Source of the DNA: a virus
Taxonomy: Duplodnaviria > Caudoviricetes
Virus record (IMG/VR): IMGVR_UViG_3300048578_000401
Coordinates: 1-24,251 of that record
Direction: 5' to 3' (one strand)
DNA length: 24,251 nt
Both the position numbers and the translations under genes were made by a program. The stretch's first letter is position 1. Each line of letters opens with the position of its first letter. Below the pieces are notes generated by a model. The model worked only from the letters and a program-made list of their open reading frames with translations, searched no databases and had not been told where the DNA came from. Shown here piece after piece: positions 6,754 to 14,349 of the stretch.

Positions 6754-7805
6754 TGGCGAATTATGAAATCCTACAGGGCGATTGGGTCGAGGTACTAAAA
6801 TCATTGCCCGACGAATCCGTACATTGCTGCATTACATCCCCTCCATACTGGGGTCTGCGGGATTATGGGGTGGAGGGGCAATTGGGACTGGAAAAAACGC
6901 CGGCGGAATATGTCGATCGGATTGTTGCCGGATTTGAACAAGTGAGGCGTGTCCTGCGATCGGATGGAACGCTTTGGCTTAATTTAGGGGATAGTTATCA
7001 TACTGGAGATGGCTACAAAAAAGAACCTACTGGATCTCGACATCGTGGCCATATCCAGGAAACAAATACCATGTCCGATATCAAGGCGGCTCCACACCGA
7101 CAAAAACAACCAGGATTAAAGACTAAAGACATGGTGGGCATTCCCTGGCGTGTGGCGTTTGCCCTTCAAGCGGCCGGGTGGTATCTGCGGTCGGACATAA
7201 TTTGGCATAAGCCCAATCCAATGCCTGAAAGCGTGCGAGATCGACCGACAAAAGGTCATGAATACCTGTTTTTACTCTCGAAGTCGGAGAAATATTATTA
7301 CGACATCAAGGCTTATGCGGAGCCGTGTATTGAGAGTAACGCGAGTCGCCCACGAATGGGGCAAGGTGGAAACACGGTATATAAGCAGAAACGATCGATG
7401 ATGAAAGTTCCTGCGGGGTGGGCGACGGGGGCTGGAAGCCATAAAGCCATCTTTCATGCGAGAGTTGAGGCATGGAGAAAAGGTTGTCAGACGGTTCCGT
7501 TCAGCTCTGTCGATAAACCCGAAACACGAAATCGTCGGACGGTTTGGACTGTGCCTATTCAGCCCTTTAAAGGTGCCCATTTCGCTACTTTTCCACTGCG
7601 ACTAATCGAGCCTTGCGTTCTGGCTGGTTGTCCGGAAGGTGGGGTCGTGCTTGATCCATTCAATGGATCTGGGACAACGGGGATCGCAGCTGTTAAACAT
7701 CAACGGAAATATTTGGGCGTCGAACTCAATTCGGAATATATCGCGATGGCCAAAAAGCGGATTAGTGACTATCAGAATAAACATGGGATGGGGTTATTAT
7801 CATGA
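6750..7805 (+). CDS. Site-specific DNA methyltransferase (N4-C/N6-A, beta class)
   Basis: Catalytic TSPPY near the N-terminus, HFATFP, SAM-binding VLDPFNGSGTT near the C-terminus; no cognate restriction enzyme adjacent. Confidence 0.95.
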   Translation: MMANYEILQGDWVEVLKSLPDESVHCCITSPPYWGLRDYGVEGQLGLEKTPAEYVDRIVAGFEQVRRVLRSDGTLWLNLGDSYHTGDGYKKEPTGSRHRGHIQETNTMSDIKAAPHRQKQPGLKTKDMVGIPWRVAFALQAAGWYLRSDIIWHKPNPMPESVRDRPTKGHEYLFLLSKSEKYYYDIKAYAEPCIESNASRPRMGQGGNTVYKQKRSMMKVPAGWATGAGSHKAIFHARVEAWRKGCQTVPFSSVDKPETRNRRTVWTVPIQPFKGAHFATFPLRLIEPCVLAGCPEGGVVLDPFNGSGTTGIAAVKHQRKYLGVELNSEYIAMAKKRISDYQNKHGMGLLS

Positions 7806-8089
7806 TGGAATGGATTTTATATGCTTTGTCCTTCGGCGGGAATGTCCTGGTCATTAAAAAACGCCCCGAGGGTTTTTTGCTGTGGATACTCGGGAACGCT
7901 GGATGGCTCACGATCGCGGTAAGAGATCAGCGGCTGGCCCAGGCGGCACTTTGGCTGACATACCTGGGCTTTGCGGTCTGGGGGCTGATGGCCTGGGCCC
8001 GCGAAGGCCTGGCCGGGAATCAAGTCGTCAAGGAACAGGAAGGCAGTAAGATTAAAGATGCTATAGATTGGATTGATTTTCATGTATGA
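7802..8089 (+). CDS. Short PnuC-like (nicotinamide riboside transporter-like) 3-TM membrane protein
   Basis: Three hydrophobic segments with G..L...K...GFLLWILGN..W...and Y....VWG...W pattern. Confidence 0.65.
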   Translation: MMEWILYALSFGGNVLVIKKRPEGFLLWILGNAGWLTIAVRDQRLAQAALWLTYLGFAVWGLMAWAREGLAGNQVVKEQEGSKIKDAIDWIDFHV

Positions 8090-8711
8090 CCCTCACGATA
8101 AAAACTACTGGTCCCTGGCGGGAGACCTCAAGGGGCAGATTAAATGCGACAAGAATCGCCGCGGGGATCTGGTGACATCCTTTGTCCTGGTCAACCGGCA
8201 GCGGACGCCCGATGGCGTTGGAAAAGTCCTGGATTACAAGGTTAGCGTTCCTGGTGACTGCCGGGCCGATCTGGATAAGCGGTCGACCGATCAACAGATC
8301 TCGGTCTCGGGGATTCTGCTCCAGTCCAGCTTTGGCAAGTGTTTGGCCTGGTGTCTGGCTACGGAGCTGGACCTGGTGGATGCCGAGGAGTATCCGGTCC
8401 ATAAGTTCGAGATCTCGGGTAAATTCTGCGGTAAACCCTATGTCTGTCATCACGGCTCGGGCGATCAGACGCGGACGGTGACGATTATCGCGGTCCAGCA
8501 GACCTGGTGGACGGGATTTAGCCGTCGGCATCGAACCTTGGCCGTTCCGGTCCTGGGCGACAAGCTCGAGAGCCTTGAAAAGATTAATGCCAGTCCAGGT
8601 AACGGCATTTTGATTCAAGGCAGACTCAGCGTCGGGTCTACCTCGCCGGAGCCCCTGGGCTGGCGGTACGAGATCGATCTGGCAACACAGGAATGGAGGG
8701 TGAAGGTGTGA
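8082..8711 (+). CDS. Putative tandem OB-fold, SSB-like protein
   Basis: Two SSB-like halves: NYWSLAGDL...TSFVLV...QISVSGIL and HKFEISGKF..KP...TIIAV...GILIQGRL. Confidence 0.5.
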   Translation: MYDPHDKNYWSLAGDLKGQIKCDKNRRGDLVTSFVLVNRQRTPDGVGKVLDYKVSVPGDCRADLDKRSTDQQISVSGILLQSSFGKCLAWCLATELDLVDAEEYPVHKFEISGKFCGKPYVCHHGSGDQTRTVTIIAVQQTWWTGFSRRHRTLAVPVLGDKLESLEKINASPGNGILIQGRLSVGSTSPEPLGWRYEIDLATQEWRVKV

Positions 8712-9025
8712 GTTATTATTATGATCTGCATGATTGCAGCGTCCTGACCATGGAAATCATGGAGTTGTTCTCCCGAACCCTTGAAGATCCTGGTCTAAGC
8801 AAGGATCTGGGCAGGGATGTGTTGACAGTGAAAATCCCTAGCGAGTTCGATCCGAATGAAACCCGCTCGATCTTACGGGATATGCAGGACACAATCACCT
8901 TACATCTGCGACTGATACGAGATAAGCATAATCATTACTATTGGGCGTGGTTCTGGAGGGAGCTGATGGTATGTCGTGCGCGTAGACCTTGCATTGAATC
9001 TAGAACCCCTCAACATAAAGGATAA
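8708..9025 (+). CDS. Hypothetical protein
   Basis: GGAGG upstream; GTGA overlap with the previous gene. Confidence 0.55.
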   Translation: MSYYYDLHDCSVLTMEIMELFSRTLEDPGLSKDLGRDVLTVKIPSEFDPNETRSILRDMQDTITLHLRLIRDKHNHYYWAWFWRELMVCRARRPCIESRTPQHKG

Positions 9026-9029
9026 ATCA

Positions 9030-9980
9030 ATGGCTAAAATGGGACGAAAACTAAAAGAATCGGCCGACTACTTCCGGCACGAGGTCTCCATCAGGACACC
9101 CATGCAGGCGTTTATTAATCTCTACGGCCTGGAGGGGTACGGTGTTTACATGGTCATGCTCGAGTCGATCGCCCAGGGCGGCATGCACTGGCGGCGAGAT
9201 GGAAAGAGCGTCATCGACTTCGCCAGCGCCAACCATATCGAGATCAAAAAGCTCGATGAGATCCTGGATTATTTGATCGATCGGGGATTCCTAACGTGTA
9301 AACGTAGTGTAATTTCATCTCCATACCTCGACAGACATTTACAGCCCCTGTTTGATGCCCGCGAGGAAGACCGAAAACGCAAATCGGCATTAAAGGCCCA
9401 GGAAGGGGATGAAACAGGCGATCCAAGCGATCCGGGGCCGCCCGACATTTCCGGCCGGAAAAGTACCGGAAATGTATCGGAAAAGTCTCCAAGCAAGCAA
9501 GCAAGTATAAGTAAGCAAGTAAAAGACAGAAAGCAAGAGAGCGGCGGCGATGCCGCGGATGGCCTTCGGCTCCAGTATCACCCGGCCTCCCAGGATTCTC
9601 CAGAGACCGGAGCAGACCCGACTGCGTCGGGCATTCAGGGTGAGGATGAGCTGGCCTTCATCAAGATTGCCCAGGTCAACGATGATGTCCTGGGGATGTT
9701 CAAGATTCACCCGCTGGGACTTTCTGAGAGGCAACGAAAACGAAACAGCAACTCCGTCGAGATGGTCAACCAGATCTTTGCCCAGGTTGCCAAACAGGAG
9801 GCCCTCAAGGGCAAGTGCCCCGACGGCTGGCTTCAGCGGCTTGGGCGGCTGGCGGGTGTGGCCATGACGGCGAAGAATATCAAATCACCGGTCGGGTTCT
9901 GGGTCTCGGCGGTGCGGCGGGAATTTAATCTGGTGGATAGGAAGTCTGCGGTCTGCGGGCTGCAGGCTACGGGAAATTAA
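9030..9980 (+). CDS. Phage replication initiator, DUF4373 (Lin1244/Lin1753-like) N-terminal domain
   Basis: DYFRHE...YGLEGYGVY..MLE.I winged-helix motif; low-complexity linker containing DNA repeats; start moved to ATG 9030. Confidence 0.8.
   Translation: MAKMGRKLKESADYFRHEVSIRTPMQAFINLYGLEGYGVYMVMLESIAQGGMHWRRDGKSVIDFASANHIEIKKLDEILDYLIDRGFLTCKRSVISSPYLDRHLQPLFDAREEDRKRKSALKAQEGDETGDPSDPGPPDISGRKSTGNVSEKSPSKQASISKQVKDRKQESGGDAADGLRLQYHPASQDSPETGADPTASGIQGEDELAFIKIAQVNDDVLGMFKIHPLGLSERQRKRNSNSVEMVNQIFAQVAKQEALKGKCPDGWLQRLGRLAGVAMTAKNIKSPVGFWVSAVRREFNLVDRKSAVCGLQATGN
9444..9540. repeat. Iteron array and purine-rich tract: putative replication origin
   Basis: CGGAAAAGTAC (9456), CGGAAATGTAT (9467), CGGAAAAGTCT (9478) plus an inverted copy GACATTTCCG (9444), followed by an AAGC/AAGT repeat tract at 9491-9540. 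Confidence 0.7.
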
Positions 9981-10009
9981 AGCGGCTTCTGGCTGCGGAA
10001 AGGGAAAAT

Positions 10010-10363
10010 ATGGTTACTGGCGATGGGTATTTAAACAGTTTAAGGGCTGAAAACGGTTACTTCCGAAGTAAATGGGCTCAGGAAGAGATTCGGTCAAACA
10101 AGCTTGAACTGGCGATCAATGGGATTAAAGAGTTGCTTAAGGGGATTCCGATGTCTCACTGGAAGGAAGGGGTTACAGGAATTAATCTCTGTTGTCTGGT
10201 CTGTAAAGCGGTTCTTAAATCCAGCGACCCTTCAGAAATTACCGGACATGATGCCGGTTGCAAGGTGGAGGCCCTTAAACGTGTTTTGGAAAGTACGGGA
10301 GCCTTAAAGCCGGCCATTAAAGAGAAACATGAGGCGGTTGGTGTTTGTAGAGAAGGGGGTTAG
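10010..10363 (+). CDS. Hypothetical protein (CxxC...HxxxC possible Zn finger)
   Basis: CLVC...HDAGC; SD-like AAGGG upstream. Confidence 0.7.
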   Translation: MVTGDGYLNSLRAENGYFRSKWAQEEIRSNKLELAINGIKELLKGIPMSHWKEGVTGINLCCLVCKAVLKSSDPSEITGHDAGCKVEALKRVLESTGALKPAIKEKHEAVGVCREGG

Positions 10364-10365
10364 AA

Positions 10366-10746
10366 ATGCTGACTAAAAGACAGATAGAGACCGCAATTAA
10401 TGGACTTCAATTGGCAATCTCGGATCGAATAGCTTTTGTAGATGCCTATAGGCATACACTCCGAAAAGGCTTGATCTATAAAACGGTATGCGAGATCAAC
10501 AGTTATCGCCGATTAATGACGAAAATGACGCAAGAATTGGAGAAGTTGAATCCTGGAAAACTTCGACAATCTGAGAAGTCAGAGTTGCAGATAGTAAAGC
10601 GTAAGATCAATGATGCTTTGGGGATGATTCGTGCTTTTAACCTTGATGTTCCTGAAGTGCTGACTGTGGCAGAGAGAGATTTGACGGAAGCACTCTCTGT
10701 TATCGGCAAGGCCAGCGAGTGCAGACAAGAAGGCGGTGTGAAATGA
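10366..10746 (+). CDS. Hypothetical protein (helical)
   Basis: Tightly packed ORF with AGGGGG SD. Confidence 0.7.
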   Translation: MLTKRQIETAINGLQLAISDRIAFVDAYRHTLRKGLIYKTVCEINSYRRLMTKMTQELEKLNPGKLRQSEKSELQIVKRKINDALGMIRAFNLDVPEVLTVAERDLTEALSVIGKASECRQEGGVK

Positions 10747-11015
10747 CGAAATACACGATCGAGCGATGGGTGATGATGTTTGTTTTAGGGGTTTTGCTTT
10801 GGCCGTTTGGGCGGCTCCTGATGTGGATGAAGGAAACTTTCTATGCTCTGCCTGACGATGAGGGTATTCGCGGATCTAGATTCACTTTGGATTTATGGGC
10901 AATGCTCGGCGTCAGGGGTAATACCAGTCAGGTGAAAAAGTTTATAAGGGAGGGGCAGAAAGTTTATGATTCAGTAAAGAGAGATGAAGAGACCTTTAGT
11001 GATATTTGGTCATGA
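10743..11015 (+). CDS. Hypothetical membrane protein
   Basis: ATGA overlap; hydrophobic WVMMFVLGVLLWPFGRLLMW. Confidence 0.65.
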   Translation: MTKYTIERWVMMFVLGVLLWPFGRLLMWMKETFYALPDDEGIRGSRFTLDLWAMLGVRGNTSQVKKFIREGQKVYDSVKRDEETFSDIWS

Positions 11016-11210
11016 CTCACACTCGAGGATGGCTTTGACCAGGGTGGCCAGGGTTACTTCGTAGATCCTGGCCATCCGTACGAGTGGGGGCAGGCTGGGT
11101 GTGATGGCTCCGGTCTCCCAGCGAGAGACTTCGGTCTGGTGGCAATGCAAGGCCTGGGCCACCTGGGCCTGGGTCAGCTTTTTGGATTTACGAAGCGATT
11201 TGAGTGTCAT
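11010..11210 (-). CDS. XRE/Cro-CI family helix-turn-helix transcriptional regulator
   Basis: LKSLRKSKKLTQAQVAQALHCHQTEVSRWETGAITP; start moved to ATG 11210; the only convincing minus-strand gene. Confidence 0.9.
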   Translation of the reverse strand: MTLKSLRKSKKLTQAQVAQALHCHQTEVSRWETGAITPSLPPLVRMARIYEVTLATLVKAILECES

Positions 11211-11246
11211 TGCTACTACTATAACTCGGGTGTTATAATTGGTAAA
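11211..11246 (-). promoter_or_regulatory. Sigma70-like promoter for a leaderless HTH mRNA with overlapping palindromic operator
   Basis: Minus strand TTTACC-17 nt-TATAGT-7 nt-ATG; no SD; inverted repeat TATAAC-N6-GTTATA at 11220-11237. Confidence 0.6.
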
Positions 11247-11481
11247 TGCGTTTCTCATCTCAATCCTGCGTAACCCATCGAAGGATCAGGCATTACCGCA
11301 GGGGAACTCATTTTGGCCACCCGGAAAAGATCGGCAATTTGCCGCGGTTGGCACTTATAATCCGGGCTCCCCGGCCACGATTTTGCAGAAATACCGCTTG
11401 AAACAGGGCAAAATTGTGATAGTGGGTAAATTATATACAGTGGCAATGAGCCGGACATTAATCGAAATCGGAGGATAGGCT

Positions 11482-11985
11482 ATGGTATTTACACCGAACG
11501 AAAAGGAATATTTCAATTCCAGGACGGCAAAAGCTGTGGAAGCTCTGGCAACACTGATTACTGCTGCAGGGCGTCTTCCGGTCGATGCATCGGGCTTGAC
11601 TCTGACGGCAGATATGGTACAGGCGGACATGGAGCAGGTGACGGGCGCTGGAGCCGCTGCAAAGACGCTGGCGGATGTGGTGGCGATAATTACCGCAAAT
11701 CTTAAAATCCCGACGGTAATGACCTGTGGGGTAAAGACGGTTGCGGCCGCTGCGACGCCGGAGCAATTGGTTGCCGTGGCGACTCCGTGTAAGTATGTGG
11801 TGATCTCGGCCAGGCGATTAACGCCCAATACCGGCGATGCGTTTATTGGCACTGCGGCGACGCAGAATCTGTTTATCGATAAAGCCAATTTTGAGGGCCG
11901 GGTTATCCCGATCGACGATGCTTCCAAGCTGTACATCAAGGTTGGCGTCAACGGCGAAGGCGTCAATTATTCCATTTTTGCATAG
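11482..11985 (+). CDS. Hypothetical protein, virion-protein-like composition
   Basis: GGAGG SD; Ala/Thr/Val-rich; beta-rich C-terminal domain (TPEQL...V.I.A....NTG..FIG). Confidence 0.8.
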   Translation: MVFTPNEKEYFNSRTAKAVEALATLITAAGRLPVDASGLTLTADMVQADMEQVTGAGAAAKTLADVVAIITANLKIPTVMTCGVKTVAAAATPEQLVAVATPCKYVVISARRLTPNTGDAFIGTAATQNLFIDKANFEGRVIPIDDASKLYIKVGVNGEGVNYSIFA

Positions 11986-11994
11986 GAGATAACA

Positions 11995-12747
11995 ATGCTG
12001 AGATTTGGCCATTTAGGCACGATTGATCCGATGCTTGCGGAACGGCGGGCCTCTAAACTACCCAAAACGGGACAGACGACGAGTTATCGCACGGGCGATG
12101 ACGGCGTCGTCAAGGCTGGTAAGGATCATCGATTTACAGTCAAGGACAATCTCGTCGAAGACTGTGCAACCGGACTCTGCTGGGTGGCGAACCCGGCGGC
12201 GATTATTCCGGGGGATGCGAACGGTATTGCAGCTGTCGCCAAAGGCAATTGGAGTTCTATTCCTGATTACGTCTACGGCGATCTTGTTTACACTAACGCA
12301 GGCGATTTGAAGTATTATGTCTGTATCTCCCCTCACATCAATCAAGCCCCTCCCAATGCAACGTACTGGGTTGAGACGATCTGGACGGCCTCGGCAGTGA
12401 ATCTAGCTACACCTGTGACGGCGGATTGGAATAATGCGATAGACAAGTGCCTGGCTCTGAATTACGGCGGGATCGGCGGATGGTCGGCAAATAATCCGCT
12501 TGGCTGGCGGTTACCAAATGTTACAGAGCTTCGATCGTTGTGTGATCACAGCAAGGCGGCATATCCATCTATTGTATCACAGATACCACTTCCGTCTACG
12601 GCCGGATATGAATGCTGGTCGAGCACAACGCATTCATTGTCTACTGGTTCCGCGATGTGTGCGATGTATCAGTATGGTAATATCGTGGAATCTGTTGTTA
12701 AAACTGGTATAAAACAGGTACTTCCCGTCCGTAGTTTAATTGTGTAG
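11995..12747 (+). CDS. DUF1566 (Lcl C-terminal, C-type-lectin-like fold) protein with an inserted CBM5/12-like module
   Basis: LPKTGQTTSY..GDDG, V.D..TGL.W, W..A...C, GWRLPNVTELRSL, WSSTT...VLPVR; insert WSSIPDYVYGDLVY...YVCISPH....PPNATYW. Confidence 0.88.
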   Translation: MLRFGHLGTIDPMLAERRASKLPKTGQTTSYRTGDDGVVKAGKDHRFTVKDNLVEDCATGLCWVANPAAIIPGDANGIAAVAKGNWSSIPDYVYGDLVYTNAGDLKYYVCISPHINQAPPNATYWVETIWTASAVNLATPVTADWNNAIDKCLALNYGGIGGWSANNPLGWRLPNVTELRSLCDHSKAAYPSIVSQIPLPSTAGYECWSSTTHSLSTGSAMCAMYQYGNIVESVVKTGIKQVLPVRSLIV

Positions 12748-12751
12748 GATA

Positions 12752-12780
12752 TTGATAAAACTCTTGTAATTCGCTATATT
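12752..12780 (+). promoter_or_regulatory. Sigma70-like promoter for the PEP-CTERM gene
   Basis: TTGATA (12752-12757), 17-nt spacer, TATATT (12775-12780) in an AT-rich intergenic gap. Confidence 0.65.
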
Positions 12781-12818
12781 GGTAGCAACTTTTATATTTT
12801 TAAGAAGGGGTTTACACC

Positions 12819-13880
12819 ATGAAGAATCTGATTTGTTGTGTGCTACTGGCCGTTGTGACAATCCTTGCTCCGCAATCGTATGGCATTATGGAATGGTACG
12901 ACATTAACACGGGAGTTGTAACGACCGTTTCGACGGACACGCCCGGCCTGTACAGTTATGTTGATGTGTCGGGCACGTGGATGACCTGGACGTCTCAGCC
13001 ACCAGCCGACGATAATGACAACTACGAGATTGTCGCTTGCGATCTGACGACAGGAATCACCTATAATCTTTCCAATGCTCCAGGGCAGCAGCGAGGCGGG
13101 GCGATCAGCGGAACGAAGGTAATCTGGACGGATAATACTCGATCGCCTGGTATCCACGGATATGACCTTTCAACGATGCAGCCATTTTATTATGGAATTT
13201 CAGACGCTTATGGTAACGACATGGCTATATCCGGCAATAAAGTCGCTTACGTTCGTGGCGTCTGGGGCGAATATTGCTCGCTGTCCGTGTTTAATTTAGA
13301 GTCGCAGACCAATCTTGACGTTGTAACCTATGACACCTGCAAGACAACGGGTTGGGCTATCGGCGGTAATTATGTTGCATGGTCTGAAAGGGTCTCAGAC
13401 TACTCTACAGAGAGTATTATTAAAGCCAAAAACATCGTCACCGGAACGATGTATGATTTGAGCAATCAGACATTTGGCGGCGGCGGAATCAGTACCGACG
13501 GAGAAAAGATTCTCTGGTGGGAATCGACGTTCAGTGGTCAGCATACGCTCAAGTCGTATGATGTTCTGCTGGGTCAGACCGACACGCTCTTTACGGGGTT
13601 ATATCAGCTCTGGGATGATACCGCGGACGTTGATAACGGCCGAGCGGTCTACACCTGGGCCGGGTCGATCTACATGTATGACTTTGCATCGGGCAATACT
13701 TCGCTCATTCGTGAGGCCTGGATGGACGCTGAGGGTACGATGATCAATTACACCTCTCCGCGGATCAGCGGGAATATCATCGTATGGGATCCTCCTCAAG
13801 GGACGGTTCCTGAGCCAGTGACGCTGGTATTGATGGGATTGGGTCTGTTGGGTGTTGTGCGCAGGGCGAGAAAGGTTTAA
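12819..13880 (+). CDS. Secreted beta-propeller-repeat protein with PEP-CTERM sorting signal
   Basis: N-terminal signal peptide; repeated (I/V)SGxxVxW...YDLxTG units; C-terminal VPEP + hydrophobic helix + RRARK. Confidence 0.92.
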   Translation: MKNLICCVLLAVVTILAPQSYGIMEWYDINTGVVTTVSTDTPGLYSYVDVSGTWMTWTSQPPADDNDNYEIVACDLTTGITYNLSNAPGQQRGGAISGTKVIWTDNTRSPGIHGYDLSTMQPFYYGISDAYGNDMAISGNKVAYVRGVWGEYCSLSVFNLESQTNLDVVTYDTCKTTGWAIGGNYVAWSERVSDYSTESIIKAKNIVTGTMYDLSNQTFGGGGISTDGEKILWWESTFSGQHTLKSYDVLLGQTDTLFTGLYQLWDDTADVDNGRAVYTWAGSIYMYDFASGNTSLIREAWMDAEGTMINYTSPRISGNIIVWDPPQGTVPEPVTLVLMGLGLLGVVRRARKV

Positions 13881-13908
13881 TAATCCATTGGAAAAGACGA
13901 AATCAGAC

Positions 13909-14070
13909 ATGGCGACAGACAAGGCCAGGCGGCTGGTTGATCAGCTCCTGAAGGACAATCCGACTTATACGGGCAAGCTCGTCCTGAACTTCCATAGTGG
14001 AGATCTTTCGGACAATGCCGCCGTTGAGCATTCGCTGAAGCTCAAAGATATTGGTGCCTCCAGGAACTGA
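13909..14070 (+). CDS. Small protein (53 aa), DUF2292/YezD-like
   Basis: Helix followed by YTGKLVLNFHSGDL...EHSLK, resembling the [FY]GxxxxxxHxGxx...ExxK beta-hairpin pattern; weak SD. Confidence 0.55.
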   Translation: MATDKARRLVDQLLKDNPTYTGKLVLNFHSGDLSDNAAVEHSLKLKDIGASRN

Positions 14071-14076
14071 TAAGAC

Positions 14077-14170
14077 TCTGACAACCGAATAACCCAACGG
14101 GACCACCGAAAATTCGAAGCCCGGCAATGTGACGCAGATGCGTTCGCATTGTCGGGCTTTTTATTTTTTT
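14077..14170 (+). terminator. Attenuator unit 1: conserved upstream motif overlapping an intrinsic terminator
   Basis: CAACGGGACCAC-CGAAAATTCG-AAGCCCGGC; stem 14117-14159 (AAGCCCGGCAATGTGA...TCGCATTGTCGGGCTT) then a long T tract. Confidence 0.85.
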
Positions 14171-14182
14171 ACGTCCGATCGA

Positions 14183-14330
14183 TCTGAAAACTCAATAGCA
14201 ACGGGACCAACGTAAACACGAAGCCCGGCGAAATCAGGCCTTAGGCCCTGGACCTTAGGCTTTGGGATTATCTCCCAGAGTCTAAAGACCAAAGTCTAAA
14301 GCCCGATTTCGTCGGGCTTTTTTTATTTTT
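14183..14330 (+). terminator. Attenuator unit 2: same motif overlapping a long intrinsic terminator hairpin
   Basis: CAACGGGACCAA-CGTAAACACG-AAGCCCGGC; stem AAGCCCGGCGAAATC (14221-14235) / GATTTCGTCGGGCTT (14305-14319) then a long T tract. Confidence 0.85.
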
Positions 14331-14349
14331 ACACCGAAGAGGGAACGCA

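Noticed and set aside
6750-7805. Restriction-modification system (MTase plus the PD-(D/E)XK nuclease at 4626)
   Set aside because: The genes are not adjacent; the nuclease is a small DUF1064-like phage type; orphan MTases are routine in phages.
11239-11478. 79-aa ORF in the divergent intergenic region
   Set aside because: No SD or motif, and it overlaps the promoter region; more likely non-coding.
12600-12747. Complete diversity-generating retroelement
   Set aside because: No reverse transcriptase, Avd or template repeat in the window; kept only as a possible target.
14077-14330. Tandem repeat read as a mini CRISPR array or a known riboswitch
   Set aside because: Only two degenerate copies, each ending in a terminator; the intervening sequences are self-complementary hairpin tops; no cas genes; I could not match a known riboswitch consensus.
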